Counted from the whole stretch's first letter, positions 40,558 through 53,900 are shown. The stretch: 63,959 nt of DNA, filler included, from Lama guanicoe (GCA_013239625.1; 76 parts of 76 records of this genome joined end to end with filler, not necessarily neighbours in it); one strand, 5' to 3'. The notes: generated by a model not told the origin, from the letters alone. Numbers and translations are program-made.

Positions 40558-41420
40558 ATGAGTGTGAGACCCGTTAGTAAGCGAACTTTTTGGGAACACA
40601 CAAATTATTTTCAGTGGAAAAAACACTAAATACCTATATATGGGGAGGTACAAGTTCCAAATCGGTTTTACAGTTAAAACTGCATGAACTGCAAACCCGA
40701 AATAGGAAACATACTGAGAAAACAGAGTAAGTGTTTCTACTGCAAATCATTCCCTTTAAGCTAGTTGAAAGAATGCCTCTCCACATGCTCATTTCTGAGT
40801 GTTGAATATGTCTGAATGTAAACTATAACTTAGCTTGTAGGGAAAACATAGGTTCCTTTGAGTGGGAAAATACACTACATATATCTATATTGGAAGGTAA
40901 TAGCTCCAAGTCGTTTTTACACTGAAAACTGCATGAATTTCAAACTGCCACCAGGAAACATACTGAGAAACCAGAGTAATTATTTCAAGTGCTACCTCTT
41001 CTCTTTATGCAAGATGAAAGTACGTATCTCACATGCTCAATTCTGAGACTGAGTGTGAAAGCCAACAAACACCTAGCTTGTTGGGGAAACACAATCTTTT
41101 TCATGGGGAAAATACATGACATGATTTTATATGGGGAGGTACTAGCCCCAACACGGTTTTACACTGAAAACTGCATGAACTTCAAACCGGTACAAGGAAA
41201 CAGACTGAGAAAACAAGTTAGCGTTTCTACTGCAAAACATTCCCTTTAGGTTACACGAACGAAACTCTCTCCACATGTTAATTCTGAGATTTAGGTCAGT
41301 GTAAAAGTCATCAATTACTTAGCTTTTTGGGAAAACAAAGTTTTACTGAAACTGAGCAGGAAATTACACTGTATATATATATATATATGGGATGGAACTA
41401 GCTCCAAATCGGTTTTACAG
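40558..41420 (+). repeat. Family B satellite, about 3.5 diverged monomers
   Basis: aggaaaca.actgagaaa at ~40703, ~40953 and ~41195. Confidence 0.9.
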
Positions 41421-42640
41421 NNNNNNNNNNNNNNNNNNNNNNNNNNNNNNNNNNNNNNNNNNNNTTAATTAATTAANNNNNNNNNNNNNNNNNNNNNNNN
41501 NNNNNNNNNNNNNNNNNNNNAATCTCTCTGGGTGTACACGTGCTTGCCTGCTGCTGCTGGTGGTGGTGGGGGTAGGCAAAAATATTTCACTTCTCCTCAT
41601 TTAAAATAGGCTAAAATTTCCTGCTGTTTAAGTCAACTCTAGACTTTTACAAAATCACCTGCAGATGTGCTTCTGGAAGCTAGAAAAATTCCAACAATGA
41701 AAATAATTGTATTGTCTCCAGACAAGATACTTTTCCTCAAAACTGAGTAGCTGTGAGACACACTTCAGGAGTAAAGATAGATGCAGNNNNNNNNNNNNNN
41801 NNNNNNNNNNNNNNNNNNNNNNNNNNNNNNNNNNNNNNNNNNNNNNNNNNNNNNNNNNNNNNNNNNNNNNNNNNNNNNNNNNNNNNNNNNNNNNNNNNNN
41901 NNNNNNNNNNNNNNNNNNNNNNNNNNNNNNNNNNNNNNNNNNNNNNNNNNNTGATATCCTGTCCCTGGTGGCTAATCCCTTCTTCTTTCTTCCTAAAAGT
42001 TCTCCTGTTATGGGAAGTTAGCCTTTACTCTGCACATTCAATTGGGAAGTCACAAATTAAATATATGAGGGAATGACATGCATATTTAATTCTTACTTAT
42101 ACATAAATACAAACACAGAGGACCTGTGTCTTGGAAGACGTCACTTCTTAATGTGGGCAACATGATGGTCTATAGTTCAATCAATGATCTAAGAGAAGTT
42201 TTCTAGGATACAATATAGCAATGCTTGAGTTATAAGACAGAACAACCCCTGGATATGAATCAGTGGCACTAGTCAGTGGGTGCACATGTGTGCACACACA
42301 CGCCCATGCACACGGAGCAGCCTTGGAGACACTCCATCTGTGCTGATGGAGCAAAGTCATGCTGGGGAGATGAGGAAAAAGTGCCTAATACAATCAAACC
42401 ACGACACCTGAGGAATGGGTAATAGGAGTCAATTGAATTTTCTGGCTAGCTGAAGGTCAAAGAAAAACACTTTTAGTTTCAAACGTCATTGCTAAAAATG
42501 TTCTTAAAGCACAGGAGCCTGTTTTCCTGCCTTGCTTAGTNNNNNNNNNNNNNNNNNNNNNNNNNNNNNNNNNNNNNNNNNNNNTTAATTAATTAANNNN
42601 NNNNNNNNNNNNNNNNNNNNNNNNNNNNNNNNNNNNNNNN

Positions 42641-43177
42641 TATATTCTGTATTCTGTATTCTATATTCTAAATTCTCTGTTCTGAATTCAATGTTCTAAA
42701 TTCTGGGTTCTGTATACTGTATTCTATATTCTATAGTCAGTGTTCTACATTCTGTGTTCTACATTCTATATTTTGTATTCTGCATTCTATATTCAATATT
42801 TTGTGTTCTACATTCTTTATTCTACATTCTGTATTCTGTATTCTGTATTCTGTATTCTATATTCTATATACTGTGTACCGAATTCCATGTTCAAAATTCT
42901 GGATTCTGCATTATATATTCTATATACTATATTCTGTGTTCTACATTATATATTCTACGTTATATTTTCTGTTTTCTATATTCTATATTCACTTCCATTT
43001 TCTAAATTCTGTGTTCTGTATTCTGTATTCTATATTTTGTGTTCTACATTCAATATTCAACATTCTATTTCTGTATTTTATATTCTATATTCTGTGTTCT
43101 AAATTCCATGATTAAATTCTTGGATGTTTATTCTGTATTCTATATTCTATATTCTGTGTACTACATTCCATGTTATA
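42641..43177 (-). repeat. Heptamer satellite
   Basis: (tattcta)n variants. Confidence 0.95.
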
Positions 43178-43277
43178 NNNNNNNNNNNNNNNNNNNNNNN
43201 NNNNNNNNNNNNNNNNNNNNNTTAATTAATTAANNNNNNNNNNNNNNNNNNNNNNNNNNNNNNNNNNNNNNNNNNNN

Positions 43278-44385
43278 AATCCTCACCGTGGGGAGGTACC
43301 TCCATTGTTCGTCAGCGCGTGGGTTCAAACGGAATTGCAAAGCACAACTCCCATGAGGGTTTTCCTAATGTCTCTGTTCCAAGGAATGCTAGGGGGGATT
43401 GGAGGAAGTCCCAGTGACAGAGGCTGCATCCCCAAGGCCAGGGAAGGTATTTCTCGGACTTCCCCGAACAGGGAACACCTGTGACCGAAGAGAGCTGCGT
43501 GGAGTTGTCTCTCGAGCTCCNNNNNNNNNNNNNNNNNNNNNNNNNNNNNNNNNNNNNNNNNNNNNNNNNNNNNNNNNNNNNNNNNNNNNNNNNNNNNNNN
43601 NNNNNNNNNNNNNNNNNNNNNNNNNNNNNNNNNNNNNNNNNNNNNNNNNNNNNNNNNNNNNNNNNNNNNNNNNNNNNNNNNNNNNNNNNNNNNNNNNNNN
43701 NNNNNNNNNNNNNNNNNNNNNNNNNNNNNNNNNNNNNNNNNNNNNNNNNNNNNNNNNNNNNNNNNNNNNNNNNNNNNNNNNNNNNNNNNNNNNNNNNNNN
43801 NNNNNNNNNNNNNNNNNNNNNNNNNNNNNNNNNNNNNNNNNNNNNNNNNNNNNNNNNNNNNNNNNNNNNNNNNNNNNNNNNNNNNNNNNNNNNNNNNNNN
43901 NNNNNNNNNNNNNNNNNNNNNNNNNNNNNNNNNNNNNNNNNNNNNNNNNNNNNNNNNNNNNNNNNNNNNNNNNNNNNNNNNNNNNNNNNNNNNNNNNNNN
44001 NNNNNNNNNNNNNNNNNNNNNNNNNNNNNNNNNNNNNNNNNNNNNNNNNNNNNNNNNNNNNNNNNTGAGGGTGGGGAGGTTCCACCAACGGTCGGCAGCG
44101 CGTGGGTTCTAACGGAATGCCTAAGCTCGTCTCCCCTGAGGGTTTTCCTAATGTCTCTGTGCCAGGGAATGCTAGGGGGGGTTTGCAGGAAGTCCCAGTG
44201 ACAGATGCTACCTCCCCAAGGTCAGGGAATGTATTTCTCGGACTTCCCCGAACAGGGAACACCTGTGACTGAAGAGAGATGCGTGGAGTAGTCTCTCGAG
44301 CTCCCCCCGCACTGACAAAGGTTCCGGAACCCTGAGCGTGGGGAGTTACCTCCATTGGTCGGCAGCGCGTGGGTTCTAACGGAAT
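43278..44385 (+). repeat. 267-bp satellite family A
   Basis: Same monomer on both sides of the gap. Confidence 0.95.
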
Positions 44386-44485
44386 NNNNNNNNNNNNNNN
44401 NNNNNNNNNNNNNNNNNNNNNNNNNNNNNTTAATTAATTAANNNNNNNNNNNNNNNNNNNNNNNNNNNNNNNNNNNNNNNNNNNN

Positions 44486-45333
44486 ACAAAGGAGGCAAGA
44501 ATATACAATGGAATAAAGACAGTCTCTTCAGCAAATGGTGTTGGGAAAACTGGACAGCAGCATGTAAAACAATGAAGCTAGAACACTCCCTTACACCATA
44601 CACAAAAATCAACTCAAAATGGATCCAAGACTTAAACATAAGACAAGATACAATAAACCTCCTAGAGGAAAACATAGGCAAAACATTATCTGACATACAT
44701 TTCAAAAATTTTCTCCTAGAAGAAATAAAAGCAAGAATAAACAAATGGGACCTAATGAAACTTACAAGCTTCTGCAGAGCAAAGGAAACCAGAAATAAAA
44801 CAAGAAGAAAACCTACGGAATGGGAGAAAATTTTTGCAAGTGAAACCGACAAAGGCTTGATCTCCAAAATATATAAGCAGCTCATACGACTCAATAAGAA
44901 AAAAATAAACAACCCAATCCAAAAATGGGCAGAAGACCTAAACAAGCAATTCTCCAAGGAAGACATACAAATGATCAAAAAGCACATGAAAAAATGCTCA
45001 ATATCACTAATTATCAGAGAAATGCAAATCAAAACTACAATGAGGTATCACCTCACACCAGTCAGAATGGCCGTCATTCAAAAATCCACAAATGACAAAT
45101 GCTGGAGAGGCTGTGGAGAAAGGGGAACCCTCCTACACTGCTGGTGGGAATGCAGTTTGGTGCAGCCACTATGGAAAACAGTGTGGAGATTCCTCAAAAG
45201 ACTAGGAATAGTCTTACCATGTGACCCAGGAATCCCACTTCTGGGCTTGTATCCAGAAAGAAATCTACTTCAGGACGACACCTACACCCCAATGTTCATA
45301 TCAGCACTATTTACAATAGCCAAAACATGGAAA
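44486..45333 (+). mobile_element. Young L1, uninterrupted ORF2 C-terminal segment
   Basis: Open frame across the scaffold with an intact Cys-rich motif, [18 protein letters not shown]. Confidence 0.96.
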
Positions 45334-45433
45334 NNNNNNNNNNNNNNNNNNNNNNNNNNNNNNNNNNNNNNNNNNNNTTAATTAATTAANNNNNNNNNNN
45401 NNNNNNNNNNNNNNNNNNNNNNNNNNNNNNNNN

Positions 45434-45832
45434 ACCCTGAGTCTAACCCTGAGACTAACCCTGAGTCTAACCCTGAGTCTAACACTGAGCTTAACCCTAA
45501 CCCTAACCCTGAGTCTAACCCTAACCCTGAGTCTAACCCTGAGTCTAACCCTAACCCTGAGTCTAACCCTAACCCTAACTCTCACCGTAACCCTGATTCT
45601 AACCGTGAGTCTAACCCTAACCGAGTCTTACCCTTACCCTAACCCTGAGTCTAACCCTGAGTCTAACCCCTAACCCTAACCCTAGCCTTTATCCTGTCAC
45701 GAATCCTGAACCCTGATTCCAACACCGACCCCTAATCCGCATCCTGACTCTGACCCTAAAACCCTTACCCTGACACTGTGACATAAAGCCCTAACCCTGA
45801 TCATGACCCTTTGCTCCTGATCCCTGACCCCT
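45434..45832 (-). repeat. Telomere-like array: CCCTAA mixed with a CCCTGAGTCTAA 12-mer, degenerating distally
   Basis: aaccctaaccctgagtctaaccctaaccctgagtctaa; increasingly irregular after ~45680. Confidence 0.92.
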
Positions 45833-45932
45833 NNNNNNNNNNNNNNNNNNNNNNNNNNNNNNNNNNNNNNNNNNNNTTAATTAATTAANNNNNNNNNNNN
45901 NNNNNNNNNNNNNNNNNNNNNNNNNNNNNNNN

Positions 45933-47054
45933 GAAATACCTTCCCTGACCTTGGGGAGGAAGCCTCTTTCACTGGGATTTCAAGCAAAACCCCCTAGCAT
46001 TCCCTGGCACAGAGACATGAGGAAAACCCTCAGGGGTGACGAGCACAAGAATTCCCTTAGAAACCACGCGCTGCCGACCGTTGGTGTAACCTCCCCACCC
46101 TCAGGATTCCGGAACCATTGTCATTAAGTGGGGGAACTCGAGAGAAAACTCCACGCAGCTCTCTTCAGTCACAGGTGTTCCCTGCTCGGGGAAGTCTGAG
46201 AAATACCTTCCCTGACCTTGGGGAGGAAGCCTCTTTCACTGGGATTTCAAGCAAACCCCCCTAGCATTCCCTGGCACAGAGACATGAGGAAAACACTCAG
46301 GGGTGACGAGCACAAGAATTCCCTTAGAAACCACGCGCTGCCGACCGTTGGTGTAACCTCCCCACCCTCAGGATTCCGGAAACATTGTCATTAAGTGGGG
46401 GAACTCGAGAGAAAACTCCACGCAGCTCTCTTCAGTCANNNNNNNNNNNNNNNNNNNNNNNNNNNNNNNNNNNNNNNNNNNNNNNNNNNNNNNNNNNNNN
46501 NNNNNNNNNNNNNNNNNNNNNNNNNNNNNNNNNNNNNNNNNNNNNNNNNNNNNNNNNNNNNNNNNNNNNNNNNNNNNNNNNNNNNNNNNNNNNNNNNNNN
46601 NNNNNNNNNNNNNNNNNNNNNNNNNNNNNNNNNNNNNNNNNNNNNNNNNNNNNNNNNNNNNNNNNNNNNNNNNNNNNNNNNNNNNNNNNNNNNNNNNNNN
46701 NNNNNNNNNNNNNNNNNNNNNNNNNNNNNNNNNNNNNNNNNNNNNNNNNNNNNNNNNNNNNNNNNNNNNNNNNNNNNNNNNNNNNNNNNNNNNNNNNNNN
46801 NNNNNNNNNNNNNNNNNNNNNNNNNNNNNNNNNNNNNNNNNNNNCAGGGGAGACGAGCACAGGCATTCCGTTAGAACCCCCGCGCTGCCGACCGTTGGTG
46901 GAACCTCCCCACGCTCAGGATTCCGGAACCATTGTCAGTGCGTGGGGGAGCTCGAGAGACACCTCCACGCAGTTCTCTTAAGTCACAGTTGTTCCCTATC
47001 CGGAGAAGTCCGAGAAATAGTTTCCCTGACATTGGGGAGGCAGCCTCTGTCACT
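45933..47054 (-). repeat. 267-bp satellite family A, opposite orientation
   Basis: gaaataccttccctgacc at 45933 and 46200. Confidence 0.95.
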
Positions 47055-47154
47055 NNNNNNNNNNNNNNNNNNNNNNNNNNNNNNNNNNNNNNNNNNNNTT
47101 AATTAATTAANNNNNNNNNNNNNNNNNNNNNNNNNNNNNNNNNNNNNNNNNNNN

Positions 47155-48520
47155 AAGCTAAGCGATACTAATAGAACCCAGGTGCTACTGTCAGTTTGAG
47201 GAACATCCCCACATTCAGAATACCAGAACACTTCTTCGCGTGTGTGCTGGATGTAGGGAAAGAGTCAAAGCATCTTTCAGGGGGCACATTTATTCCATGG
47301 TTGTGGGTTGTAGGTTAAAAACCCACATCCCATGGATAGGCTCTCGCTAATACTTGGTTTAGAGCCCAACCCCCACTTTCCCCCACTCTCCAGCCTAGGC
47401 ATGAAGGGAAGACAAGCTAAGGGATTCTATTAGAACCCAGGCGCTGCTGTCATTTGGAGGAGCCTCCCCACAATCAGGATACCTGAGCACGTCTCCGTGT
47501 GTGTGCTGGAGGTGGGGAAACAGATTCCACGCAACTTTATGGGGCACAGGTGTTCCAAGTTTCGGGACGTCGTTTAAAACCCTCCACTACCCACAGAGAT
47601 GCACTCGTTAATACTTCACTTTACAGCCCATCCCCCACCATCGCTTACTGCTATGCCTAGGAAAACACTTAGGNNNNNNNNNNNNNNNNNNNNNNNNNNN
47701 NNNNNNNNNNNNNNNNNTTAATTAATTAANNNNNNNNNNNNNNNNNNNNNNNNNNNNNNNNNNNNNNNNNNNNCCCAGGTTTCTCTCAGAATCAGTCCTA
47801 GGGAAACACTCAGGGATTACAACCTAAGGGATTCTATTATAACCCAGCCGCCTCTGTCACCTGAAATTGCCAGCCCACACTCAGGATAGCAGAAAACTTC
47901 TTCGTAAGTGTTCTGGTGTTGGGGATACAGAGTTCACGCTTTTTTCAAGGAGCACAGCTATTCCCATATTGTGGGTTTTTGGTTAATAACCTCCAAATCT
48001 CATGGAGAAGCACTCGCTAATACTTGGTTTAGAGCCCAAACCCCACTTTCCCCCACTCTCCAGCCTAGGCATGCAATCAGGGAAGAAATGATAAGGGATA
48101 ATTTTAGAACCCAGGCGCTGCTGTCATTTGGAGGAGCCTCCCCACAATCAGGATACCTGAGCACGTCNNNNNNNNNNNNNNNNNNNNNNNNNNNNNNNNN
48201 NNNNNNNNNNNNNNNNNNNNNNNNNNNNNNNNNNNNNNNNNNNNNNNNNNNNNNNNNNNNNNNNNNNNNNNNNNNNNNNNNNNNNNNNNNNNNNNNNNNN
48301 NNNNNNNNNNNNNNNNNNNNNNNNNNNNNNNNNNNNNNNNNNNNNNNNNNNNNNNNNNNNNNNNNNNNNNNNNNNNNNNNNNNNNNNNNNNGTCTGTTGG
48401 AGGAACCTCCCCACACTCAGAACCCCAGAACACTTCTTCCTGTGTGAGCTGGACGTGGCGAAACAGCACATGAATTTTTCAGGGGTCACAGTAATTCCCA
48501 AGTTGTGGGTTGTAGTTTAA
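47155..48520 (-). repeat. Diverged relative of family A (~259-267 bp), two scaffolds
   Basis: agaacccaggcgctgctgtcatttggaggagcctccccacaatcaggata versus family A agaacccacgcgctgccgaccgttggtggaacctccccacgctcaggatt; recurs at ~47174/47433 and ~47840/48107. Confidence 0.85.
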
Positions 48521-48620
48521 NNNNNNNNNNNNNNNNNNNNNNNNNNNNNNNNNNNNNNNNNNNNTTAATTAATTAANNNNNNNNNNNNNNNNNNNNNNNN
48601 NNNNNNNNNNNNNNNNNNNN

Positions 48621-49083
48621 CTCAAAGAGTGTTTACTGGAGCCAATTATCCGATTTAATAGGTGGTGAGTGAAAAAACCTATGAAGTCACAGTAAGTATT
48701 TCTAAGTGTATATATGCCTTGTTTGGTGGATGAAAGATTAGTATTCCACATGCTGAGATCTCAGAAACACATGTTTGCCGAATCCGTCATGCATGTAGCA
48801 TGTACGGAACCCGGAATGCCATGTTGAAGGAATTCATGTAAATTACATATCTGTTTGNNNNNNNNNNNNNNNNNNNNNNNNNNNNNNNNNNNNNNNNNNN
48901 NNNNNNNNNNNNNNNNNNNNNNNNNNNNNNNNNNNNNNNNNNNNNNNNNNNNNNNNNNNNNNNNNNNNNNNNNNNNNNNNNNNNNNNGAGGATAAAAGTA
49001 ATCCACATGTTCTCAACTCAAGAATGCATGTTTTTCGAATCTGTCATGCATGTAGTATGTAATGAACACTGAATATCATTTAG
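48621..49083 (+). repeat. ~250-bp satellite, family C
   Basis: tccacatg...gaatc.gtcatgcatgtag.atgta occurs twice; reverse-complement match to 53149-53900. Confidence 0.8.
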
Positions 49084-51147
49084 NNNNNNNNNNNNNNNNN
49101 NNNNNNNNNNNNNNNNNNNNNNNNNNNTTAATTAATTAANNNNNNNNNNNNNNNNNNNNNNNNNNNNNNNNNNNNNNNNNNNNAAAAAAAAAAAAACAAT
49201 ACTAATGTGGTGTGGTAAAATTTTAAGGAAATGAAATGCAAATGAGATGAGAACTTTGGGTAAATTCTTTCAAATACATTTTTAAAATGTATGCTTAACA
49301 TAATCTCTGAATGTTTACTATCTTTAAATTCTAGAGTTGTGCTAAATTAAGTTAAATGATAGGATTTTATTANNNNNNNNNNNNNNNNNNNNNNNNNNNN
49401 NNNNNNNNNNNNNNNNNNNNNNNNNNNNNNNNNNNNNNNNNNNNNNNNNNNNNNNNNNNNNNNNNNNNNNNNNNNNNNNNNNNNNNNNNNNNNNNNNNNN
49501 NNNNNNNNNNNNNNNNNNNNNNNNNNNNNNNNNNNNNNNNNNNNNNNNNNNNNNNNNNNNNNNNNNNNNNNNNNNNNNNNNNNNNNNNNNNNNNNNNNNN
49601 NNNNNNNNNNNNNNNNNNNNNNNNNNNNNNNNNNNNNNNNNNNNNNNNNNNNNNNNNNNNNNNNNNNNNNNNNNNNNNNNNNNNNNNNNNNNNNNNNNNN
49701 NNNNNNNNNNNNNNNNNNNNNNNNNNNNNNNNNNNNNNNNNNAGTAAATGAATATTAGAAGTAAGCTGGTACAAGACTAGAATTGGTTTTCTCACTGTTA
49801 AGAGGACAAAATTTTCTTAAAATGATAATCCACCTTCAGTAACAAATTGTAAAACTTCTTATAACACTTAACTGACTTGTCCTGCCTTTACCTTTGATGT
49901 ATTATCTTTTTAATTAATAAGTACTACTTTACAGTGATCTATATGTTTATCTGACCAAGTGTTCNNNNNNNNNNNNNNNNNNNNNNNNNNNNNNNNNNNN
50001 NNNNNNNNTTAATTAATTAANNNNNNNNNNNNNNNNNNNNNNNNNNNNNNNNNNNNNNNNNNNNGCTGCTACAATTCATATGGGAATTCGAGGGTCTCAG
50101 TAACCAAAACATAATTGAAAAAGAAGAAAAACATTAGAGGACTTGTAATTCTCAATTTCAAACCTAACAACTGTATCTCCAGGTGAGATTAGAGGTCATT
50201 TTTAAGTTATTACTGAGTTTATCCTTATTTTCTAAATTCTGTACCATGAATATACCTGTTAGAATAAGAAAAATAAAAAGTAAGGTATATTTTAAAACAT
50301 GCACACCAATTCATTCATTGGGAAAAAATTATTTTAACTATAAAGAGGTAAATAAATATCTAGTGAAAAAGGAGTACTTAAAAACAAGTGTGCATATACA
50401 ATTTTCATAATTTGAAAACTGAAAAGCACAAACACATCAAGTTTCTAGGGAGACCGGTGAAACATACTAATACTTACTTTCAAAAATTCTAATTGAACAA
50501 TGAAATCTCAAGAAAGGCAAAATCCTAATTGTCATCAGCCAACTGCAAACACAAGGAGAGCAAAGGCCTAGAAATCACAGCTCCTTTAACTCTGCTACTA
50601 ACTCAACAGGAGAGGAAATTCCTCACTGAGGGGACAGTGGAATCCCATGCATAAGACAGGATACACAGTACAAACTGCTGTATTAGGGGAGTGAATTCCT
50701 TAGGAGAATTCTAAAGTTACAAAATTGCTGAAAAACTATAAAATCACTGTCAGACAGATTAAAACACACAGTCATATATATTATATAGAAACATATGAAG
50801 TCTGCTCCCATGTTGCATAGAAATACAAACATATTTGTTCATTTATGGGCACTGATTACTTTATCCCAGGTAGAATATTTCAACTAAAACATATAATCAA
50901 TACATCACTCCTCTTGTCAAATCTACTTGATAAGTTATTCTGCTATATAACCACAAAATGTCTAAGGTAGAACTAAAATTAGTGAAAAAGATCTTTGCAT
51001 GGTTCCTTGAATTCTTCTCAAAATTCCAAGCTTAATTTTAAAATAGANNNNNNNNNNNNNNNNNNNNNNNNNNNNNNNNNNNNNNNNNNNNTTAATTAAT
51101 TAANNNNNNNNNNNNNNNNNNNNNNNNNNNNNNNNNNNNNNNNNNNN

Positions 51148-51600
51148 TGTGGACACTTGAATTGCTTCCCTGTCTGGCATATTATAAACAGTGCTGGTGA
51201 GAACATTGGTTTTTCTCAATTTAGTGTTTCTGCCCAGATTTTTCCTAGGAGAGGTATTACTGGGTCATATGGTAGTTCTCTTTTTATTTTTAAAGTTATC
51301 TGTATACTGTTTTCCATAGAAGTTGTACCAATTTACATTCCTACAAAGAGTATACAGGAGATTTGTTTCTTCCACATCTTCTCCAACACTTTCTATTTGT
51401 AGACTAGTAGACTTTTATAGCCATTTGACCAGTGTGAAATGATACCTCATTGTGGTTTTGATTTGCAATTACCAAAAATTAGTAATGTTGGGCATTTTTA
51501 TCATTTGCCTGTTACTCATCTGTATGTTTTCTTTAGAAAAATATTAGCTCAGGTATTCTGCTCTTTTTTTGATTGGGTTTTTGTTTTTCATATAGAGTTG
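51148..51600 (-). mobile_element. L1 ORF2 C-terminal fragment
   Basis: gtgaaatgatacctcattgtggttttgatttgca. Confidence 0.85.
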
Positions 51601-52060
51601 GGTAACCTAAATCCATTTTACATCNNNNNNNNNNNNNNNNNNNNNNNNNNNNNNNNNNNNNNNNNNNNTTAATTAATTAANNNNNNNNNNNNNNNNNNNN
51701 NNNNNNNNNNNNNNNNNNNNNNNNTCCACTATGGGCTAAGAACATATCCAGCTACTCCGCCAAATCCCAAGGGCAGCCTTCAAAAGTCAAAATCAAGCTG
51801 ACATTTTCTGGTGTGTTTTTAGACTCAGAGCAAAGCAGTTGCTGAGCAAAAATGTCATCAGTGCCTCCTATGACAAAAGAGGAGGCACTGGCCTGGGGGC
51901 TGGGGAAGGGCTCCGGGCTTCGACTGCTCACCCACCAGTCTGTCCAGGGGGAGAAGGTTGTCCCTGCTTATGTTGCACCGATGCACCTACCTTGACTGAC
52001 GCCTTGGGACTCAGCAGGTGGTGACAGGTGAGGTGAACGGAGCCAGCCTTTGTGTAGCAC

Positions 52061-52154
52061 AGTGCTGGCAGCTATGCTCTCAGCAGTGCCCAGGTTCCCA
52101 AACCTGAAGTGCTGGCAGCTATGCTCTCAGCAGTGCCCAGGTTCCCAAACCTGA
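52061..52154 (+). repeat. Exact 47-bp tandem duplication
   Basis: agtgctggcagctatgctctcagcagtgcccaggttcccaaacctga present twice. Confidence 0.9.
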
Positions 52155-53148
52155 CACCTCATCTCCAAGGAGNNNNNNNNNNNNNNNNNNNNNNNNNNNN
52201 NNNNNNNNNNNNNNNNTTAATTAATTAANNNNNNNNNNNNNNNNNNNNNNNNNNNNNNNNNNNNNNNNNNNNTATATATTATTATGGCTATAGAATCTGC
52301 TTGCACTCATTTTGCCCATTTATATTTTTATCTGGTACCCTTCTTTTCTCTATTTCACTTACTTCTACTGCTTCATTTTCATGTGCTTTATGCTATAAAT
52401 TAACATCAATTCATATTACCATATTTGGTTGGGCAAGATAAGAAATTATTACCCATGCTAATCCAAATAGCATAACATTCAACTATCAGTGAGTACACAT
52501 GTATAGCATATAATTTTGTGCCTTATGTTTATTTTTGCAATTATGCTCTGTTTACCATGATATTAAAATTATTTTGATGCCTTCTACTGGTGCCAATTGA
52601 GGACAGAAAGAGGACAAAGATAGAAAACATTCAGGAAAAAGTCAGAGCATACCACAAAAATGTAACAAATTAGAAAGCTAGAAGGTTAATAGCAACTACT
52701 TAATCCAGTTCCATTCATGAGAAAACTAAGATGAGAGACACAAAGCAGTATCAATCCCTTGTGGTGGTATAGTCAAGAAATGAATCCAGGTTCCTATTTA
52801 CTGACATGGTCCTCTCTTAATTGCAATGCATTACATGGCATGCTTTAAAATGGAGCATCTTGGATGTCACATGATTTGCCCTGTTGACAAGCCAAGGCAA
52901 GTTAGCCTTACCTATGTAAAATATTAAATGAAGGATGGATGCAGAAATGAGCTAACAAAAGAGTGAAACTAAAAGAACAACTTAATTTAATTCAAAAGGG
53001 TACAGATAGATTTTCTTTTTAATCCTCTCTTCTCCCAACTCCCTGTTTNNNNNNNNNNNNNNNNNNNNNNNNNNNNNNNNNNNNNNNNNNNNTTAATTAA
53101 TTAANNNNNNNNNNNNNNNNNNNNNNNNNNNNNNNNNNNNNNNNNNNN

Positions 53149-53900
53149 CCATCTAAATGATATTCAGTGTTCATTACATACTACATGCATGACAGATCAG
53201 ACAAACATGCATTCTTGAGTTGAGAGCATGTGGATTACTGATGTTTCATCCTCTATAAATGGAAAATTTTCTTCTAGACACGTGTACAGATTTTCACAAG
53301 CTTTCCCTAACACTAGTTTAGAATTCGTGCATTTTTCACAGAAAAAGACTTCTGGAGCGATTTCCACCTAACAGATATGTAATTTAAATGCATTCCATCA
53401 ACAGGGCATTCCGGATTTCATAAATGCTANNNNNNNNNNNNNNNNNNNNNNNNNNNNNNNNNNNNNNNNNNNNNNNNNNNNNNNNNNNNNNNNNNNNNNN
53501 NNNNNNNNNNNNNNNNNNNNNNNNNNNNNNNNNNNNNNNNNNNNNNNNNNNNNNNNNNNNNNNNNNNNNNNNNNNNNNNNNNNNNNNNNNNNNNNNNNNN
53601 NNNNNNNNNNNNNNNNNNNNNNNNNNNNNNNNNNNNNNNNNNNNNNNNNNNNNNNNNNNNNNNNNNNNNNNNNNNNNNNNNNNNNNNNNNNNNNNNNNNN
53701 NNNNNNNNNNNNNNNNNNNNNNNNNNNNNNNNNNNNNNNNNNNNNNNNNNNNNNNNNNNNNNNNNNNNNNNNNNNNNNNNNNNNNNNNNNNNNNNNNNNN
53801 NNNNNNNNNNNNNNNNNNNNNNNNNNNNNNNNNNNNNNNNNNNACTCTTGAAGCGAATTCTACCCTAGAGATATGTAACTTGAATAGATTCCTTCAACAT
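53149..53900 (-). repeat. Family C satellite
   Basis: cattacatactacatgcatgacagat...gagttgagagcatgtggattact is the reverse complement of ~49000-49083. Confidence 0.8.

Noticed and set aside
52058..52110. CACAGTG followed by cccaaacc as a second RSS/V segment
   Set aside because: Heptamer-nonamer spacing is neither 12 nor 23 and no V-domain motif lies upstream; the region is a 47-bp tandem duplication.
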